Positions 26,038-39,740 of a stretch of DNA of 64,000 nt are shown one piece after another (the stretch's first letter is position 1; each line of letters opens with the position of its first letter). The position numbers and the translations under genes are program-made. Below the pieces are notes generated by a model. That model made no database searches, had not been told where the DNA came from, and worked only from the letters and a program-made list of their open reading frames with translations. The stretch is from Mobula hypostoma (Eukaryota): contig NC_086108.1 in assembly GCF_963921235.1 (NCBI RefSeq), forward strand, positions 43,030,001 through 43,094,000, written 5' to 3'.

Positions 26038-26244
26038 AGCTCGATAATTCCTGGACCACCATTCTTATTTGGAGCGTGCTCAGTATTGCTGGCTTTACTT
26101 GTTGCCTTCTTCATCCCGGAATATAGAAACATGTCTGTAAGACCCAGCAGCTGGAAGAAACTTGCTGGTAACCATGGCCATGTACACAATTCACAGCTCC
26201 CTTCTGAAGCCAAGGAACCTCTGCTTCAGGATACTAGTGTATGA
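26038..26244 (+). CDS. MFSD14A: MFSD14A last coding exon (SSIIPGPPFLFGACSVLLALLVAFFIPE...EAKEPLLQDTSV*)
   Basis: aaacag acceptor, TGA at 26242-26244; C-terminus EPLLQDTSV resembles MFSD14A (…QDTNV) rather than MFSD14B. Confidence 0.96.
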   Translation, partial: SSIIPGPPFLFGACSVLLALLVAFFIPEYRNMSVRPSSWKKLAGNHGHVHNSQLPSEAKEPLLQDTSV

Positions 26245-27526
26245 CGGCAGTTTGAACACAGAAAACATTTAAAAACAAGTATTTAAGAAAAACTGGCGTG
26301 GGTCTAAAACAGTATAGGATTTTCTGAATCCAGTAATTTAGGCAATACAACTCAGGATTATATTGATCTCTTCAAGATGACAAGCTTGCTGCAGGACTGC
26401 AGTTATGAGAGGAAATTGGCTGCATTGTAAATTTTACAAGCAGCCAACTAACTCGTATAGTTTCTCGGGAGGTTCCTTTTACAGGAGGACTTTAACCTGA
26501 TGCTGCTCTCAATTCCCCATGACATGGCTAAACTAAAATGTGCCATGTGAAAGAAAATCTTTAAACACAATGTGTTAGTATGGCTCTTTACATGTTATGT
26601 AAAGATGTAATAAATATTAAAAACAGGGCTAAAACTATGGTTGGTCTACACTCTGATACTGGAGGTATTGTGCTGTGTCTGGATCTAGACTCAAAGCTGA
26701 TGCCCCAGTGAGACTGATCCATTTTGAGTATTACTGCAGAAGCAAGTATGGTTAGTTATTGAGCCTTGTTGTTTTAAAGTAACTTGAATACAAAACAAAA
26801 GCTGATTTTGGTAATTTACCTGCAAGTATTCAAGGCAGCATGTGACATTGTATTTTGTTGTATCCCTTCATTCCTGTATATACCCAAAACATTTCACATT
26901 AAATCCAAGTTTACTGTCACCTGACTACATGTACATACAACCAAACAAAACAATGTTCCTCCGGACCACAGTGCATCGATAAAACATGTAACACACATAG
27001 CACATAAACCAAAATATTACCATAAATGAAGTATAATTCAAAACACATGCAACACAGTAAACAGTACAGTATATAGTAAACAACAAGCAGACTTTTAACT
27101 TGCCTTTGAGACTTTATCTAGCTGCTTATTTTGAGTATCATGTTAATGAGAACATTTTTGAACTGGTGCTGGAATGCCTTGCTCTTGTGGACAGAGTGAA
27201 ATGTGCCCCTGACATCAGTTTGCTTCAACAAACAAGCTTAAAAGGCAGTTTGCCTTAATTGCTTGTTTGTTTACTAGGTATTGTTAATGTGATGGGTATT
27301 GTCGTTTAAACCAAAATGCCACATTTTCTCTGCCTTTTTTCCTATGCTTTTGTAATAAGTAGCATTTAACTTCAAACCAGGTACAAACATGAACTTCAGT
27401 CCTGCAGCCTTGAAAATTATATTTTGTATGTTAATATTGTGGCCTTTTTAGCAATATGATGTTTTGTGGTAAATAGAATTGTGTCAAATTTACAACATTG
27501 ACTTTCATAAATTGTTTGTAGTTTCA

Positions 27527-27532
27527 AATAAA
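27527..27532 (+). promoter_or_regulatory. Candidate MFSD14A polyadenylation signal AATAAA (a proximal candidate also at 26609-26614)
   Basis: AATAAA followed by a GT-rich tract (tgttttgtgt) at the end of an AT-rich 3'UTR-like stretch. Confidence 0.45.
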
Positions 27533-28584
27533 CATTATACTGTTTTGTGTTAAAAGAACAGTGCATTGAAAATAATTCCTGAAATCATACATTTAATTTT
27601 ATGGCATCTTACTACTTGAATCTGATTTCTATAAGAGGCATTTACTCTATTAGTTAAATTTTAAATTTCTCAACCAGAATCAATGCTATGCTAAAGATGT
27701 ATCATACAGTGGGAGGAGCACACCACCATTTGAAACTACTCACCTGCCACCCCCACTGGCTTATGTGTAGGCTACCCCCACCTGGTCTCATTATCAACCT
27801 CAACCCAGCAAATTGAAGTGAATGTATGTCATCCTCAGGTTGGGGAATTGCCTAAGAGGGGACAAAGAGATGTTAGAAGGTCTTGCAGTGTCAAGTTGTG
27901 AGTCACTGTTTTGCTGTTATATCCACGGTATATATATATATATATATGGTTGGTCTAATTGAGCTTTTGGTCAATGTGACCCCTAGATGTTGATGATGGG
28001 GGCAGTTTTTTTTTCCAATAGGTTCAAGTATTAGATAGGTAAGAGTAGCTCATAAAATTTTGTGTTACTGTGGTATGATTCTGGCAAACCTACCACCATA
28101 AATTATTGTTGCTTCAGCGTGGTTTGAGACTTTGTCCACAGGTGATGCAGAAGCCAGAGGATTTTGTCTAGGTACCACTGTTTGTTCCTCATCAGGGATA
28201 GAATCTTTTTGGCGTTTTAACCAAATAAAAGCTCAGTTATCCACCATACTTACAGCAATTTTGTTACTTTTAGTAGAAATATGGATAGATCTAAAATAGT
28301 ATTTTGTGCCAGTAAGGTTTATTTTTAAATGTTTGTCTTCACTGTCTAATGCAAGCAATGCTTTTATGAATCGGCCTTAAAAGTGCAAATTACAAGTGGA
28401 TTCCCAGATTACAGTAAACACTTACAGAGCCAGTGCAGGAGTCTGTTTTGATGTAACTGAATAAGATTTAAATACTTGAACCAAGGCTTTTAAACATACT
28501 GTTCACATGTCAAGAAATTTCTACCTGAATATGAGAGTCCTTACAAAAGGATGTTGTTTCCTCATTGTGCAAAATACTTCAGAG

Positions 28585-29120
28585 TTAAAAGTAAATTTAT
28601 TAACAAAGTACATATATATCACCATATACAACCCTGAGATTCATTTTTTTGCAGGCATTCAGAATAAATACAAGAAACACAATAAAATCAATGGAACACC
28701 TAACTCAACAGGATTGACAAACAATCAATGTACTGCAAATACAAAAAGAAAAAGAAATAATAATAATAAACAATAAATAATGAGAACATGAGACAAAGAG
28801 TTCATGAAAGTGAGTACATGGGTTGTGGAACAGTTCACCGATGGGGCGGGCAAGTGAAGTTATCCCCTCTTGTTAAAGAGCCTGATGGTTGAGTAGTAAT
28901 TGCTCTTGAACTTGGTGGTGTAGATCCTGAGGCTTCTGTACCACCTTTCTAATGGCAGCAGTGAGAAGGGAGCCTGGCTTGGATCGTGAGGTCCTTGATG
29001 GATGCTGCTTTCTCGCAGCAGTGCTCCATGTAGATGTGCTCAGTGGTGGGTAGGCCTTTACCTGTAACATACAAGGCCTTATCCACTATTTGTAGGCTTT
29101 TCCATTCAAGGGCAATTGGT
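28585..29120 (-). mobile_element. Rex1-like LINE 3' end
   Basis: ORF 28949..29140 GKGLPTTEHIYMEHCCEKAASIKD; tail similar to 3540-3606. Confidence 0.8.
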
Positions 29121-30011
29121 GTTTCTATACTAGGCTTCAATTCTAAACAACTTTTTTATATAAATAAGATATTAATTGTACATTTATTAACAATATATTA
29201 TTTAGAAGTATCATAATAATGCACTTCCTTGTCTGCAGAAACTACGTAATTTCACTTGGTCTTGATTTTAGAATCACTGATGGTGTGTTGGTTTTTAAAA
29301 TTTGAGAGTCAAGTCTCCCATAGATGTAAAAAAAAAATTGCAGTGGATGTAACTGACACAGATAAAATATAGCTAAAACCATAATTTCATCCTAAAATAA
29401 AATCAGTTAGTTTGAGAAATATTATAATATAATGATATAAAATGGGGTTTTATTTCTGCAGGGTCTCCTATTCACCCACAGCCATGGAACCTCTAGTAAG
29501 ATTGCACAACTGCATTTTATATTTTTCTGCAGTAATTCCATTGTCCGCTCTGTTGAAGCTATAAAAGGCAAATCAGAATTGGACCTCTTGATATCATACG
29601 TTTTGAGGGGCTAAATGATCTGTTACAATTCATAAAAAGTCCACAACGTAAAAATCATATTCAAATTCTCAATAACATTCTCAAAAACTGATATTGAATG
29701 CTTTATTCTAAATAAAGGTTTCAGGTTTGACGTATTTTAGAATTTTTTAAATCCATTTTTATATTAAAGCTGAATATATGCCCTTCACACTCCATGGAGT
29801 GTTGCAGTATCACCTTCCTAGCCATTAGATCTCACTGTAGATCTCATCCACCCAGATGGGAAGGGTAGAGAAAGCTATGATGTGGGTAGGAGAGACTGGA
29901 CAGAAAAACAGATAGACTAAATAGGTCAAAGGATCTGTCTGCTTCTGTGCTGCAATATTTTCTGCATTCTTTCATTTTTATGGGTTGTTGCTGGAGGAAG
30001 AAATAACAGCA

Positions 30012-30745
30012 TCAGAACTAGATTTATTAACACTGACGTGTGAATTTGTGGCAACAATATAGTGCAGAATAAATTACTATCAGTTACAATTAAAAATGCA
30101 AAATAAAATAGTGATGTAATATTAGTAGGTCATTGGGCTGTTCAGAGACTCCTGTACCTCCTCCCTGATGGTTTAATAATGAGAACAGGGTACGTCCTGG
30201 ATGCCGAGGGTCTTTAACAGTAGATGCTAACTTCCTGAGGCAGGGTGTCTAGAAGATGTCCTCAGTAGAAGGGAGGCTGTTGCCCACAATGAAGCTGGCT
30301 GCGTCTACAATGCTCTGCAGCCTTTTGTGATCCTGTGCATTGCAGTTCCTGTACCAGGCAGTAATGCAACCAATCAGAATGCTCTCCATAGAAATTTGCT
30401 CAAGTCTTTGGTGACGTACCAAATATCCAAGTTCCTAATGAAGTATTACCACTGGCATACCATGCTTTCTTCATTATTGTATCAATATGTTGGACCCAAG
30501 ATACATCCTCTGAGATATTGATGCCTTAGATCCTGAAACTGCTCAGCCTTTTCACTGCTGATCCCTCAATGAGGACTGATGTGTGTTTGCCCGACTTCCC
30601 CTTCCTGAAGTCCACAATCAATTACGTAGTCTTGCTGACATTGAGTTCAAGATTGTTATAAAACCACTCAACCAGCTGATCTACCTCACTCCTTTACACC
30701 TCTCCATTGCCATCTAAGAATCTGCCAAAAACAATGGTGCCTTCG
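30012..30745 (-). mobile_element. Rex1-like LINE 3' fragment
   Basis: cttcctgaagtccacaatca and ctcctgtacctcctccctgatgg motifs shared with other copies in the window. Confidence 0.78.
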
Positions 30746-30799
30746 CAAATGTATACATCTGTACGATTTTTAGGTTGCAGCAGGTTTGTTTTTGGTCTT

Positions 30800-30904
30800 A
30801 CAGTGCCAGCATTCGTGGTTCAATTCCTGCCCGTCTGTAAGGAGTTTGTATGTTCCCCGTGTGGGTTTCCTCTGGGTGCTCCTGTTTCCTCCCACATTCT
30901 AAAG
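30800..30904 (+). mobile_element. V-SINE (HE1-like) fragment
   Basis: B box ggttcaattcc followed by V-domain ggagtttgtatgttcccc…gggtttcctctgggtgctcc…ttcctcccaca. Confidence 0.75.
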
Positions 30905-30906
30905 GC

Positions 30907-31320
30907 GAATCAGATTTAATATCACTGGCATATGTCATGAAATTTGTTGTTATGTGGCAGCAGTACATTGCAATACATAATTTTAAAAACCTTACAATAA
31001 GTATATAAAATTTTAAATTAAATAAGTAGTGCAAAAAGAGAGAGAAAATGGCAAGATAGTGTTCCTGTTTTCATAGTTCATTCAGAAATCTGAGGGCAGA
31101 GGGGAAGAAGTGTTCCTGAAATGTTGAGTATGTGTTTTCAAACTCCGGTACTTCCTCCTTGACAGTAGCAATGAGAAGAGGGCATGTCCTGGGTGATGGG
31201 GGTCCTTCATGATAGATGCTGCCTTGTTGAGGTTTCACCTTTTGAAGGTGTCCTTGATGCTGGAGAGGCTATCATGGAGCTGGCCGAATTTCTATTGTAG
31301 CTTCTTCCGATCCGGTGCAG
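30907..31320 (-). mobile_element. Rex1-like LINE 3' end
   Basis: aatcagatttaatatcactggcatatgtcatgaaatttgttg tail; gcagaggggaagaag…gggcatgtcctgggtgatgggg. Confidence 0.8.
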
Positions 31321-32099
31321 GGGCCCATTTGTTGGCCATGGCAGATTTTGAATATTGAATAGGTCAAGGACAGTGGAAGAAGACAGATCAATTGTCTTCA
31401 TTCCTGCCATGTGCTTGGAGATGGACACTGCCATTTTGTGGAACTGTTTTACATCCTCCATCTTGTGTGTTAGTTTCTTGGCTTGATCAGTGTTTTAAAG
31501 AAGATACAATGATACTTCAGGTAGTCTGCTGGACTAGAGATAATCTCCAAAGAAGAAGTTATTTGTGAGGTGTTCTTTGATATAACATGCAGGTTTGTGA
31601 ATGCTGGAATTGGTACCTGCCTGGACTGATTCGAGCTCATTACTGAAGAGAACAAAGGGCCATAAATTACTGATTGTCACTTGCTGGGAAGCGCGTATTA
31701 ATGCATGCTGGCCTGGAACAGGGCCAATAAAAAAAAGGTGTTAAGGTCAGACTCATGACCTACAGCCAATGTCACTGGAATACAATATTTGAATTAGTAA
31801 GGAATGAATATAAAAATGAACACTTTGACTGTGCTATCAGCAATAACTCTCTCAAGACCCACCATCGCGAGGAAGAACCCTCACGCCAAGGGTGGGAGAA
31901 GAAAAGATTGATCATCTGGCCAACGGAGATCCCCTAATTATAAACTGGAAAACTGGTCTGAGTGAGTATTGGTACAGAGGAAACAGTAGAATTCATGTTC
32001 TAAGTTGTTAGCCCAGGGTCAACATCGTTATGTTGTTGTTTGTGCAGAGTCAATAAAGTTCAAGCTTCAATTAATTATGAGTTGTGTAGTGAGTCTCCT

Positions 32100-34310
32100 A
32101 ACCTAGTTTCATTGATGAACAGTCAGGACATCCATACCAGAATGTTCTCAATGGGGCATCTGTAGAAATTTGCAAGGGTCTTTGGTGACAAATTGTCTCC
32201 TCAAACTCCAAATGAAATATAGCCATTCTAATTGCATCAATGTATTGGGCAAAGGATAGATCTTCAGAGGTATTAACTCCCAGGAACATGAAACTGCTTA
32301 CCATTTCTACTGCTGACCCCTCAATGAGAACTGGTGCGTGTTCCCTCGACTTCCCCTTCCTGAAGTCCACAATCAATACTTTTGTCTTACTCATGTTGAG
32401 CACAAGATTGTTGTTGTGCCGACACTCAACCACCGAATCTATCTATCTCCTGTATGTCTCCTCATTACCATCTGAAATTCTGCAAATATGTTGTGTCATC
32501 AGCAAATATAGTCATGGCTAAACAGAGAGTAGAGCAGTGGGCTAAGCATGCATCCTTGAGGTACGGCAGTGTTGTGGCAATAAGACGTTTCTGATTCACC
32601 CAGACTTCGGTCTCCCAGTGAGGAAGTATCCAGTTGGAGAAGGAGGTACAGAGACCCAGGTTTTGGAGCTTGTTGATTAGTGAGGGTATGGTTGAATTGA
32701 ATTCTGAGTTGTAATCAATAAACAGCAGCCTGCCGTAGGTACCACTATTGCCCAGGTGGTCCGAGGCCAAGTGGAGAGCCAGTGAGATTGCATCCTTTGT
32801 AGACCTATTGTGGCGATAGGCAAATTACATTGAGCCCTGGTCCTTGCGTAGGCAGGAGTTGATTCTAGCCGTGACCAACCTCTCAAAGCACTTCATCACA
32901 GTCAATGTGAACACCACTGGGCGATAGTCATTGAGGAACCCACTCTGCTCTTCTTAGGCATTTCTTGTTACCCTTTTGAAGCAGGTGGTAACTTACGACT
33001 GTAGTATAGAGAGATTGAAGATGTCCTTGAACACTCCCGCCAGTTGGTTGGCACAGGTTTTCAGAGCCCAACCGAGATCACTATCAGGCCTGATGCCTTG
33101 CAAGGGTTCACCCTCTTGAAAAATATTCTGACGTTGGCCTCTAAGACAGATCACTGGATCACCAGATGCTACAGGGATTCACACAGATTCTTATTCTCTC
33201 TTTCAAAGCATGCATAAAAAACATTGAACTCATCTGGGAGTGAAGCATCACAAACATTTATGATGTTAGGCTTCACTTTGTAGGAAGTAGTGGCCCGCAA
33301 ACCCTACCAGAGCTAACATGCACCCGATTCCATCTCTAATTGCAATCAGAATTGTTTTCGCATTCTTAAGATAGCCTTCCATAGATCATACCTGGACTTT
33401 TTGTATAGTTCTGGATCACCGGTCTGGAATGTCATACATCTAGCCCTCGGCAGACTACGAATCTCCTTGCTCATCCATGGCTTTTGGTTTGTGTATGTTC
33501 TCCAAGTCACACACTCAACCACACAGGTCTTGAAATTGGTGACAACTGTGGCATATTCATTCAGATCTGAAGATGAATCTCTGAATACTGTCCAGTCCAC
33601 TGACTCAAAACAGTCCCGTAAGTGCTCCTCCGCCTCCCTTGACCATATCGTTAGGCTTTAGTCTCTGCCTAAACACTGGGAGTAGAAGTGCAGCCAGGTG
33701 ATCAGACTTTCCAAAATGGCACGGTAAGCATCCTTGCTGTTGGTATAATAGTGGTCAAGTGTGTTGGCTCCTCTGCTTCTACAGGTAGTCGTTCAGAGTC
33801 ATCTTCAAGCTGGCTTGGTCGAAATCCCTCGCAATAATAGGGAAGGCATCAGGGTGCGTTGTTTTGTGCCTGCTGATTATGGTGCTCAGCTCCTTCAGTG
33901 CCTGTCTGACGTTGGCCTGGGGTGGAATGTACACCACCACCTGGATGTTGGCAGAAGACTCCCCCAGCAGATAACATGGATGATTCTTGACCACTAGATG
34001 TTCCAAGTCGGGTGAGCAGGATTGAGACATAACCCTCATGTCTGTGCACTATGATGAGTTAATCATGAACCATACTCTCTCTCCTCTACCTTCCATCAGG
34101 ATGGTCGGGGTGGAGTTCTAAAGCCTCGGCATTTCAATCGTATCTGTAGACCGAAGCACCGTTCCTACTTCCATTTTCTGAAAGGGAAATTGCACTCATG
34201 ACCTGAGACTGCCAACCAGGGTTCACCGATTTTGAGTATCAATCGATGTTTTAAATGTCTTAAAGCGATGCTGCTTACTGAATTCACCCTTCAGCGTAAT
34301 GGCTTCAATC
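32100..34310 (-). mobile_element. Long degraded Rex1/Babar LINE (EN + RT)
   Basis: ORFs 33779..34039 (VYIPPQANVRQAL), 33346..33600 (DWTVF..NQKPWM), 32465..32770 (LFIDYNS, FADDTT), 32098..32433. Confidence 0.9.
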
Positions 34311-34476
34311 ACTTCGCTAATAAACAAATACGTGAAGTGCTCAAAGAAAATAACATTGAAAATGACAGAGTTCCATAATGTTTCTTACATGAGAATACAT
34401 TTAAAGAGAACTCAAACATATTTAGTATATATTTCTTTGTGATGTATTACAGCTTTATTACTTAAAGTTGTTATAA

Positions 34477-35050
34477 CCGGGAGGGGTAGTGGGGATAAGC
34501 TCCCACTACCTATTAAATACTCCCAATGGTGTACGCCTCAAATAGCCTCTGACAACTAAGTTCTGTTGCCCATGTAGCAAGCTCCCCCTCTCCAGGCACC
34601 TGATGAACCCAAAGGAACGGCAGAGACCGATAACAGTTTGGTACCAGCAACATTGCAGGAGAGACAGTCAACATTGAACTCAATGTAGGACTGCCTTAGG
34701 CACTCCATCTTTTTATTTTTCTCTCAGGGTTTAGGCCTAAATCCTTTCCCGTGAGTGGGTATAGCCACAAGGCGGCGGAAGGTTGAGATCAGAGTTCTCC
34801 TTCTGCTAAATGTGCTGCCAGCCACGGCTAACGAGCTCCATCTATCCGAAGTGACTGCTGCTTTTAAGGCGCCAGTAACCTGCCTTTGCTTTTTCTCTTG
34901 TCCGTAGAAACAGTTCCGCCAGGCTTAGTAGCTAAACGACACGTGAAGGCCAAGAGTTGAGCTTGCTCGCCATGTCATACTGTGCGGGCTTGCATATCTA
35001 GACAGCTAAGATGCAATATCCATTGTCAACTCTGACCGACTGAGACCTCA
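34477..35050. mobile_element. GC-richer interspersed repeat, probably an RTE-related non-autonomous element
   Basis: Sharp compositional boundaries in AT-rich DNA; 5' hairpin; family assignment from recall only. Confidence 0.45.
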
Positions 35051-35825
35051 GAAATGGAAATTATTCCAGATGTTCCCATTTGTTTTTTATTAAAATGTCT
35101 GTTGAGTAAAATTATAGCTTGAAAATTAACTAAATCCCAAGAATCATTATGAATTGATGATTGCAGAAATGCAAAAATATATTATTTTTTGTTTTATAGT
35201 AAAACCAATTTTTAAAATATATCTTTTGCATGAATTTCCTTAGTAAACACAACAAAGTTTCAGACCTCTAATTCTGCTTCCTGGTTTTGTTTTTGTAGAA
35301 CGTGTGAGACAACCCACTAACTTTGTTCTTGTTCTGCTCTAAGTCATCAATTTGAAATGTTTCTCTCCACAGATATTCGATCATCTGTTGACTAGTTCAA
35401 GCATTTTCTTTTAATACCATTAGTTTTTGCCCTGTCCTCTACACTCTCTTCTCAGCCTCATCTTGTATTGCTTTGTCACTGACTATAAAATACTTATGAT
35501 CAATATTGTTTGGATACCAAATTCACCAGAAACAAATATCCCTCAATCATGCCAGTGGAGAATCAACCTAATTGCTTTCTCTACCATCTCCAACTTGCTA
35601 AAATATTTTTTAATGAATGGTTAAACAAATGCCACCAAGAACTGCAAATGAACAGAAACAGAGAAAAAAGAATTGAAGTCATCATTTTATCTTTCTTGAC
35701 CATGAACATCTAGTGAAAATCAGGCTTCCTGGTGTCCTATGAAGATCTCCATTTAACATGTTTTGCTTCCTTTCATTAATTGACTTGTTTTTGCCCCTCC
35801 AAAAGGCATTATTCTCACTCTGCAG

Positions 35826-37180
35826 CAGGCTATCAAGAAGGCAAATGGAATATTGGCCTTCATTGTTAGAGGGATTGAATTTAAGAGTAGGGAGGTTATG
35901 CTGCAACTGTACAGGGCACTGGTGAGGCCACATCTGGTGTACTGAGTGCAGTTCTAGTCTCTTTACTTGATGAGGTATTGGTGAGGCCATATCTGGTGTA
36001 CTGAGTGCAGTTCTAGTCTCTTTACTTACTGGCTTTGGAGGCAGTACAGAGGAGGTTCACTAGGTTGATTCCAGAGATGAGGGGGTTAGACTATGAGGGG
36101 AAGTTGAGCCACTTGGGACAATACTCACTGGAATTCAGAAGGATGAATGGAGATCTTATACAAACATATAAAATTATGACAAGATAAGATAAGATAAGGG
36201 ATAGATAAGATAGAGGCAGGAAAGCTGCTTCCATTGGTAGGTAAGACTAGAACTATACTTTATAGTTGCCAAACAATTGATACTAGAACGTACAATCATC
36301 ACCGCTATATTTGATTCTGTGCTTCCCGCCCCCTGGATTACAAATCGATAGTAAATATTAAAAAATTTAAATTATAAATCATAAATAGAAAATAGAAAAA
36401 TGGAAAGTAAGGTAGTGCAAAAAAACCAAGAGGCAGGTCCGGATATTTGGAGGGTACGGCCCAGATTTGGGTCAGGATCCGTTCAGCGGTCTTATTACAG
36501 TTGGAAAGAAACTGTTCCCAAGTCTGGCCGTGTGAGTCTTCAAGCTCCTGAGCCTTCTCCTGGAGGGAAAAGGGACGAAAAGCGTGTTGGCTGGGTGGGT
36601 CATGTCCTTGATTATCCTGGCAGCACTGCTCTGACAGCGTGCAGTGTAAAGTGAGTCCAAGGACGGAAGATTGGTTTGTGTGATGTGCTGCGCTGTGTTC
36701 ACGAGCTTCTGCAGCTTCTTCCGGTCTTGGACAGGACAACTTCCATACCAGGTTGTGATGCACCCTAGAAGAATGCTTTCTATGGTGCATCTATAAAAAT
36801 TAGTGAGGGTTTTAGGGGACAGGCCAAATTTCTTTAGTTTTCTCAGGAAGTAAAGGCACTGGTGGGCCTTCTTGGCAGTGGACATAGCCTCACGATTCGG
36901 GGGAGTAAATTTAGGGTGGAGATGAGGAGAAACTGCTTTTCCCAAAGAGTGGTGAATCTGTGGAATTCTCTGCCCAGTGAAGGAGTGGAAGCTACCTTAG
37001 TAAATATATTTAAAACAAGGTTAGATAGATTTTTGCATAGTAGGGGAATTAAGGGTTATGGGGAAAAGGTAGGTAGGTGGAGATGAGTCCATTGTCAGAT
37101 CAGCCATGATCTTATTGAATAGCGGAGCAGGCTCAACCGGCTAGATGGCCTAGTCCTGCTCCTATTTCTTATTTTATTAT
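35826..37180 (+). mobile_element. CR1 LINE 3' part, interrupted by a Rex1 fragment
   Basis: KKANG.LAFI.RG.E..S.EVMLQLY..LVRPHL; ORF 36862..37086 EMRRNCFSQRVVNLWNSLP; tail cctatttcttat. Confidence 0.88.
36256..36879 (-). mobile_element. Young Rex1 3' fragment nested in CR1
   Basis: ORF 36472..36945 AKKAHQCLYFLRKLKK...SFFPTVIRPLNG, uninterrupted. Confidence 0.88.
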
Positions 37181-37699
37181 GTCTTTAGAGCCTCTGTTGG
37201 CATTTCTGTAGCACAGAGTTTTTATGGCATGGGGTTGCCAGTCTCATGGTCATTTTGCATCCAGGCGTGAGTTGATTGTGGTTCAGAGGGATAATAAATA
37301 TGCCATGAAGGAATGGTAAAGCAGACTTGATGGGTCAAATGGCCTAATTCTGCTCCTATGTCTTATGGTCATATGGAAAGCTATTTTACTTAAGATTTTG
37401 TTTGTGGCGGATTTAACGCTATCACAACTAATTTCTGTTTGGAAGGGGCAAAGAAAGACAAGCCAGTTACTCCATCATTAATTTTACCATCTCAATTAGC
37501 AAACAGACATGGGTATCAGGGCAATATATCCCTCCACTGAACTATTTAATTTTTACTTGGTCAGTCATTAGTTAGTGTTGTTTATGAGCACTGCCCTTTG
37601 AACACAAACACAGGCAATTGATGCTATCTAAAAACTGTTTTATCTAGGAACTGTGTTGTGCCTAACAGCCACACAAGTGTACAGAATTGATGCTAGTTA

Positions 37700-37863
37700 G
37701 AACCTGTTTGGCAACAGACTCTTGCCCCAATTAAGCAGCTTGTGGTCCCAAATAAAAGATGGAGATCCCAGCTATTTTCTTGATTAATTTTTGTTCTTTA
37801 AGAGTTGTCCCAAATAAGCAGCTGCCCCAATCAACTGACGACCCAATTAACCGGAATCCACTG
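37700..37863. mobile_element. Tc1/pogo(Tigger)-like DNA transposon end
   Basis: Ends ...ccaattaaccggaatccactg|TA (reverse complement TA|CAGTGGATTCC); repeated tcccaaataa/cccaattaa subterminal motifs. Confidence 0.5.
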
Positions 37864-38849
37864 TAGCACATTATTAATTTTTTGAGAACCTTCAGATTTT
37901 TACATGAGATAAAAATTAACTAAAACCCTTAATGATTGACAGAGAGTATAAAGAATCTATTAAAATATCTAATAAAGTATGCAGCTGTAATATGAGATGC
38001 TGACATTGCTACAGTTTGTATCTTCAAGGACCTAGTGCCATAGTCAAAAGCTTAAAAGTTATATTCAATACTTTAAAATAGCAATCTGTTTTTAATATTT
38101 AAAAATGCCAAGTGGCAAAGAAGCATGTCTTCACTACAGTGTAAATGTGATACTCCTAGTCAGCCCTTAGAGGTTAAAATATTGACAATAAGTAATGGGT
38201 AGTTAAATGAAATACAAAGGTTACCATGCAAATGAAAACAGTTTATTTGGAACTGCTGATCCCAGAATCAGCAGTCCAAACAATTTTATTGGCACTTCAT
38301 TCCAGTACCAAACTGCATCAGAAAATACGCTTACGTTTTCACTTGTTTTGAGAGGCTGTTGGCATTAAAATTTCATCTTAAAATTTTGATACCTAAAATA
38401 TGGACAGAAAGTGAGCCAATTAGTCTAGATGTAATGAGCAGTGATTGATCCACACAATACCTTTGTGACCCAACTCAAACTTCATCATATTTCCATTCCA
38501 TAAATTACTATAAATTAAAAGTAGAAAATATTGAAAATATGATGCTGATTAGATTTTGCTATTTTCAAAGTACAGATTTTAATGGGAATGCATATAATTA
38601 GAAATGGTCTAAAGCAGGTAAATGAAACTGTTGAAATCTGCAGTAACTGATTTAAGGATAAACTTGAATCAACATTTGTGGAAATAAGTTTGACAATTTA
38701 GTTGATAAGAATGATTAACAAATTCAGTATGATCTATGATTTAATTAAGCACATACAATAAAAATGATTTGTAAATTATCAGCCATTTACTGCAATTGTG
38801 AAGGGCAGATTCTAAGTAATTAATTTCTTAAGCAGCAACAGTGTGCCTG

Positions 38850-39740
38850 ACATAAGACATAGACATAGGAGCAGAATTAGGCCATTTGGCCCATCGAGTC
38901 TGCTCTGCCATTCAATCATGGCTGATCTTTTTGTCCCCTTCTCAGCCCCACTCCCCACCTTCTCCCCAAAACCTTGTTGCCACGTCCAATCAAGAACCTA
39001 TCAAACTTTTCCTTAAATACACCCAATGACCGGGCCTCCACAGCTGCCTGCTGGAACAAATTCCACAAATTCACCACCCTCTGGCTAAAGAAATTTTTCC
39101 ACATCTCTGTGTTAAATGGACTCCCCCTTGAGGCTGTGCCCTCTTGTCCTAGACTCCCCCACCATGGGAAACATCCTTTCCACATCTACTCTATCTAGGC
39201 CCTTCAACATTTGAAATGTTTCAATGAGATCCCCCGCTTCTAAATTCCAGTAAGTACAGACCCAGAGCCATCAAATGTTCCTTGTATGATAATCCTTTCA
39301 TTTCCGGAGTCAACCTTGTGAACCTCCTCTAAACCCTCTCCAATGCCAGCACACCTTTTCTTAGATGAAGAGCCCAAACTGTTCACAATACTCAAGGTGA
39401 GGTCCATCCAGTACTTTATAAACCCTCAGCAACACATCCCTGCTCTTGTATTCTGGACCTCTTGAAATGAATACTAACATCGCATTTGCCTTACTCTCCA
39501 CCAACTCTACCCGCAAGTTAACCTTTAGGGTGTTCTGCACAAGGACTCGCAAGTCCCTTTGCACCTGAGATTTTTGGATTTTCTGCCCGTTTAGAAAATA
39601 GTCCGCACTTTTATTTCTGCTATCGAAGTGTATGACCATGCATTTTCCAACATTGTATTTCATTTACCACTTTCTTGCCCATTCTCCTAATCTGCCTGTT
39701 TCTGCAGCCTATCTGTTTCCGTAACACTACCTGCCTCTCA
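38850..39740 (-). mobile_element. CR1 LINE 3' part
   Basis: ORFs 39361..39663 (YNVGKC.VIHF, KANAML.FISRG, PHLEYC) and 38916..39185 (FFSQRVVNLWN). Confidence 0.9.

Noticed and set aside
29462..29495. Possible 34-nt plus-strand exon (ctgcag…gtaag)
   Set aside because: Short, not frame-preserving, unrecognised peptide and downstream of the MFSD14A stop; likely chance.
35682..35990. 102-aa minus-strand ORF
   Set aside because: Half is antisense CR1; the remainder has no recognisable homology.
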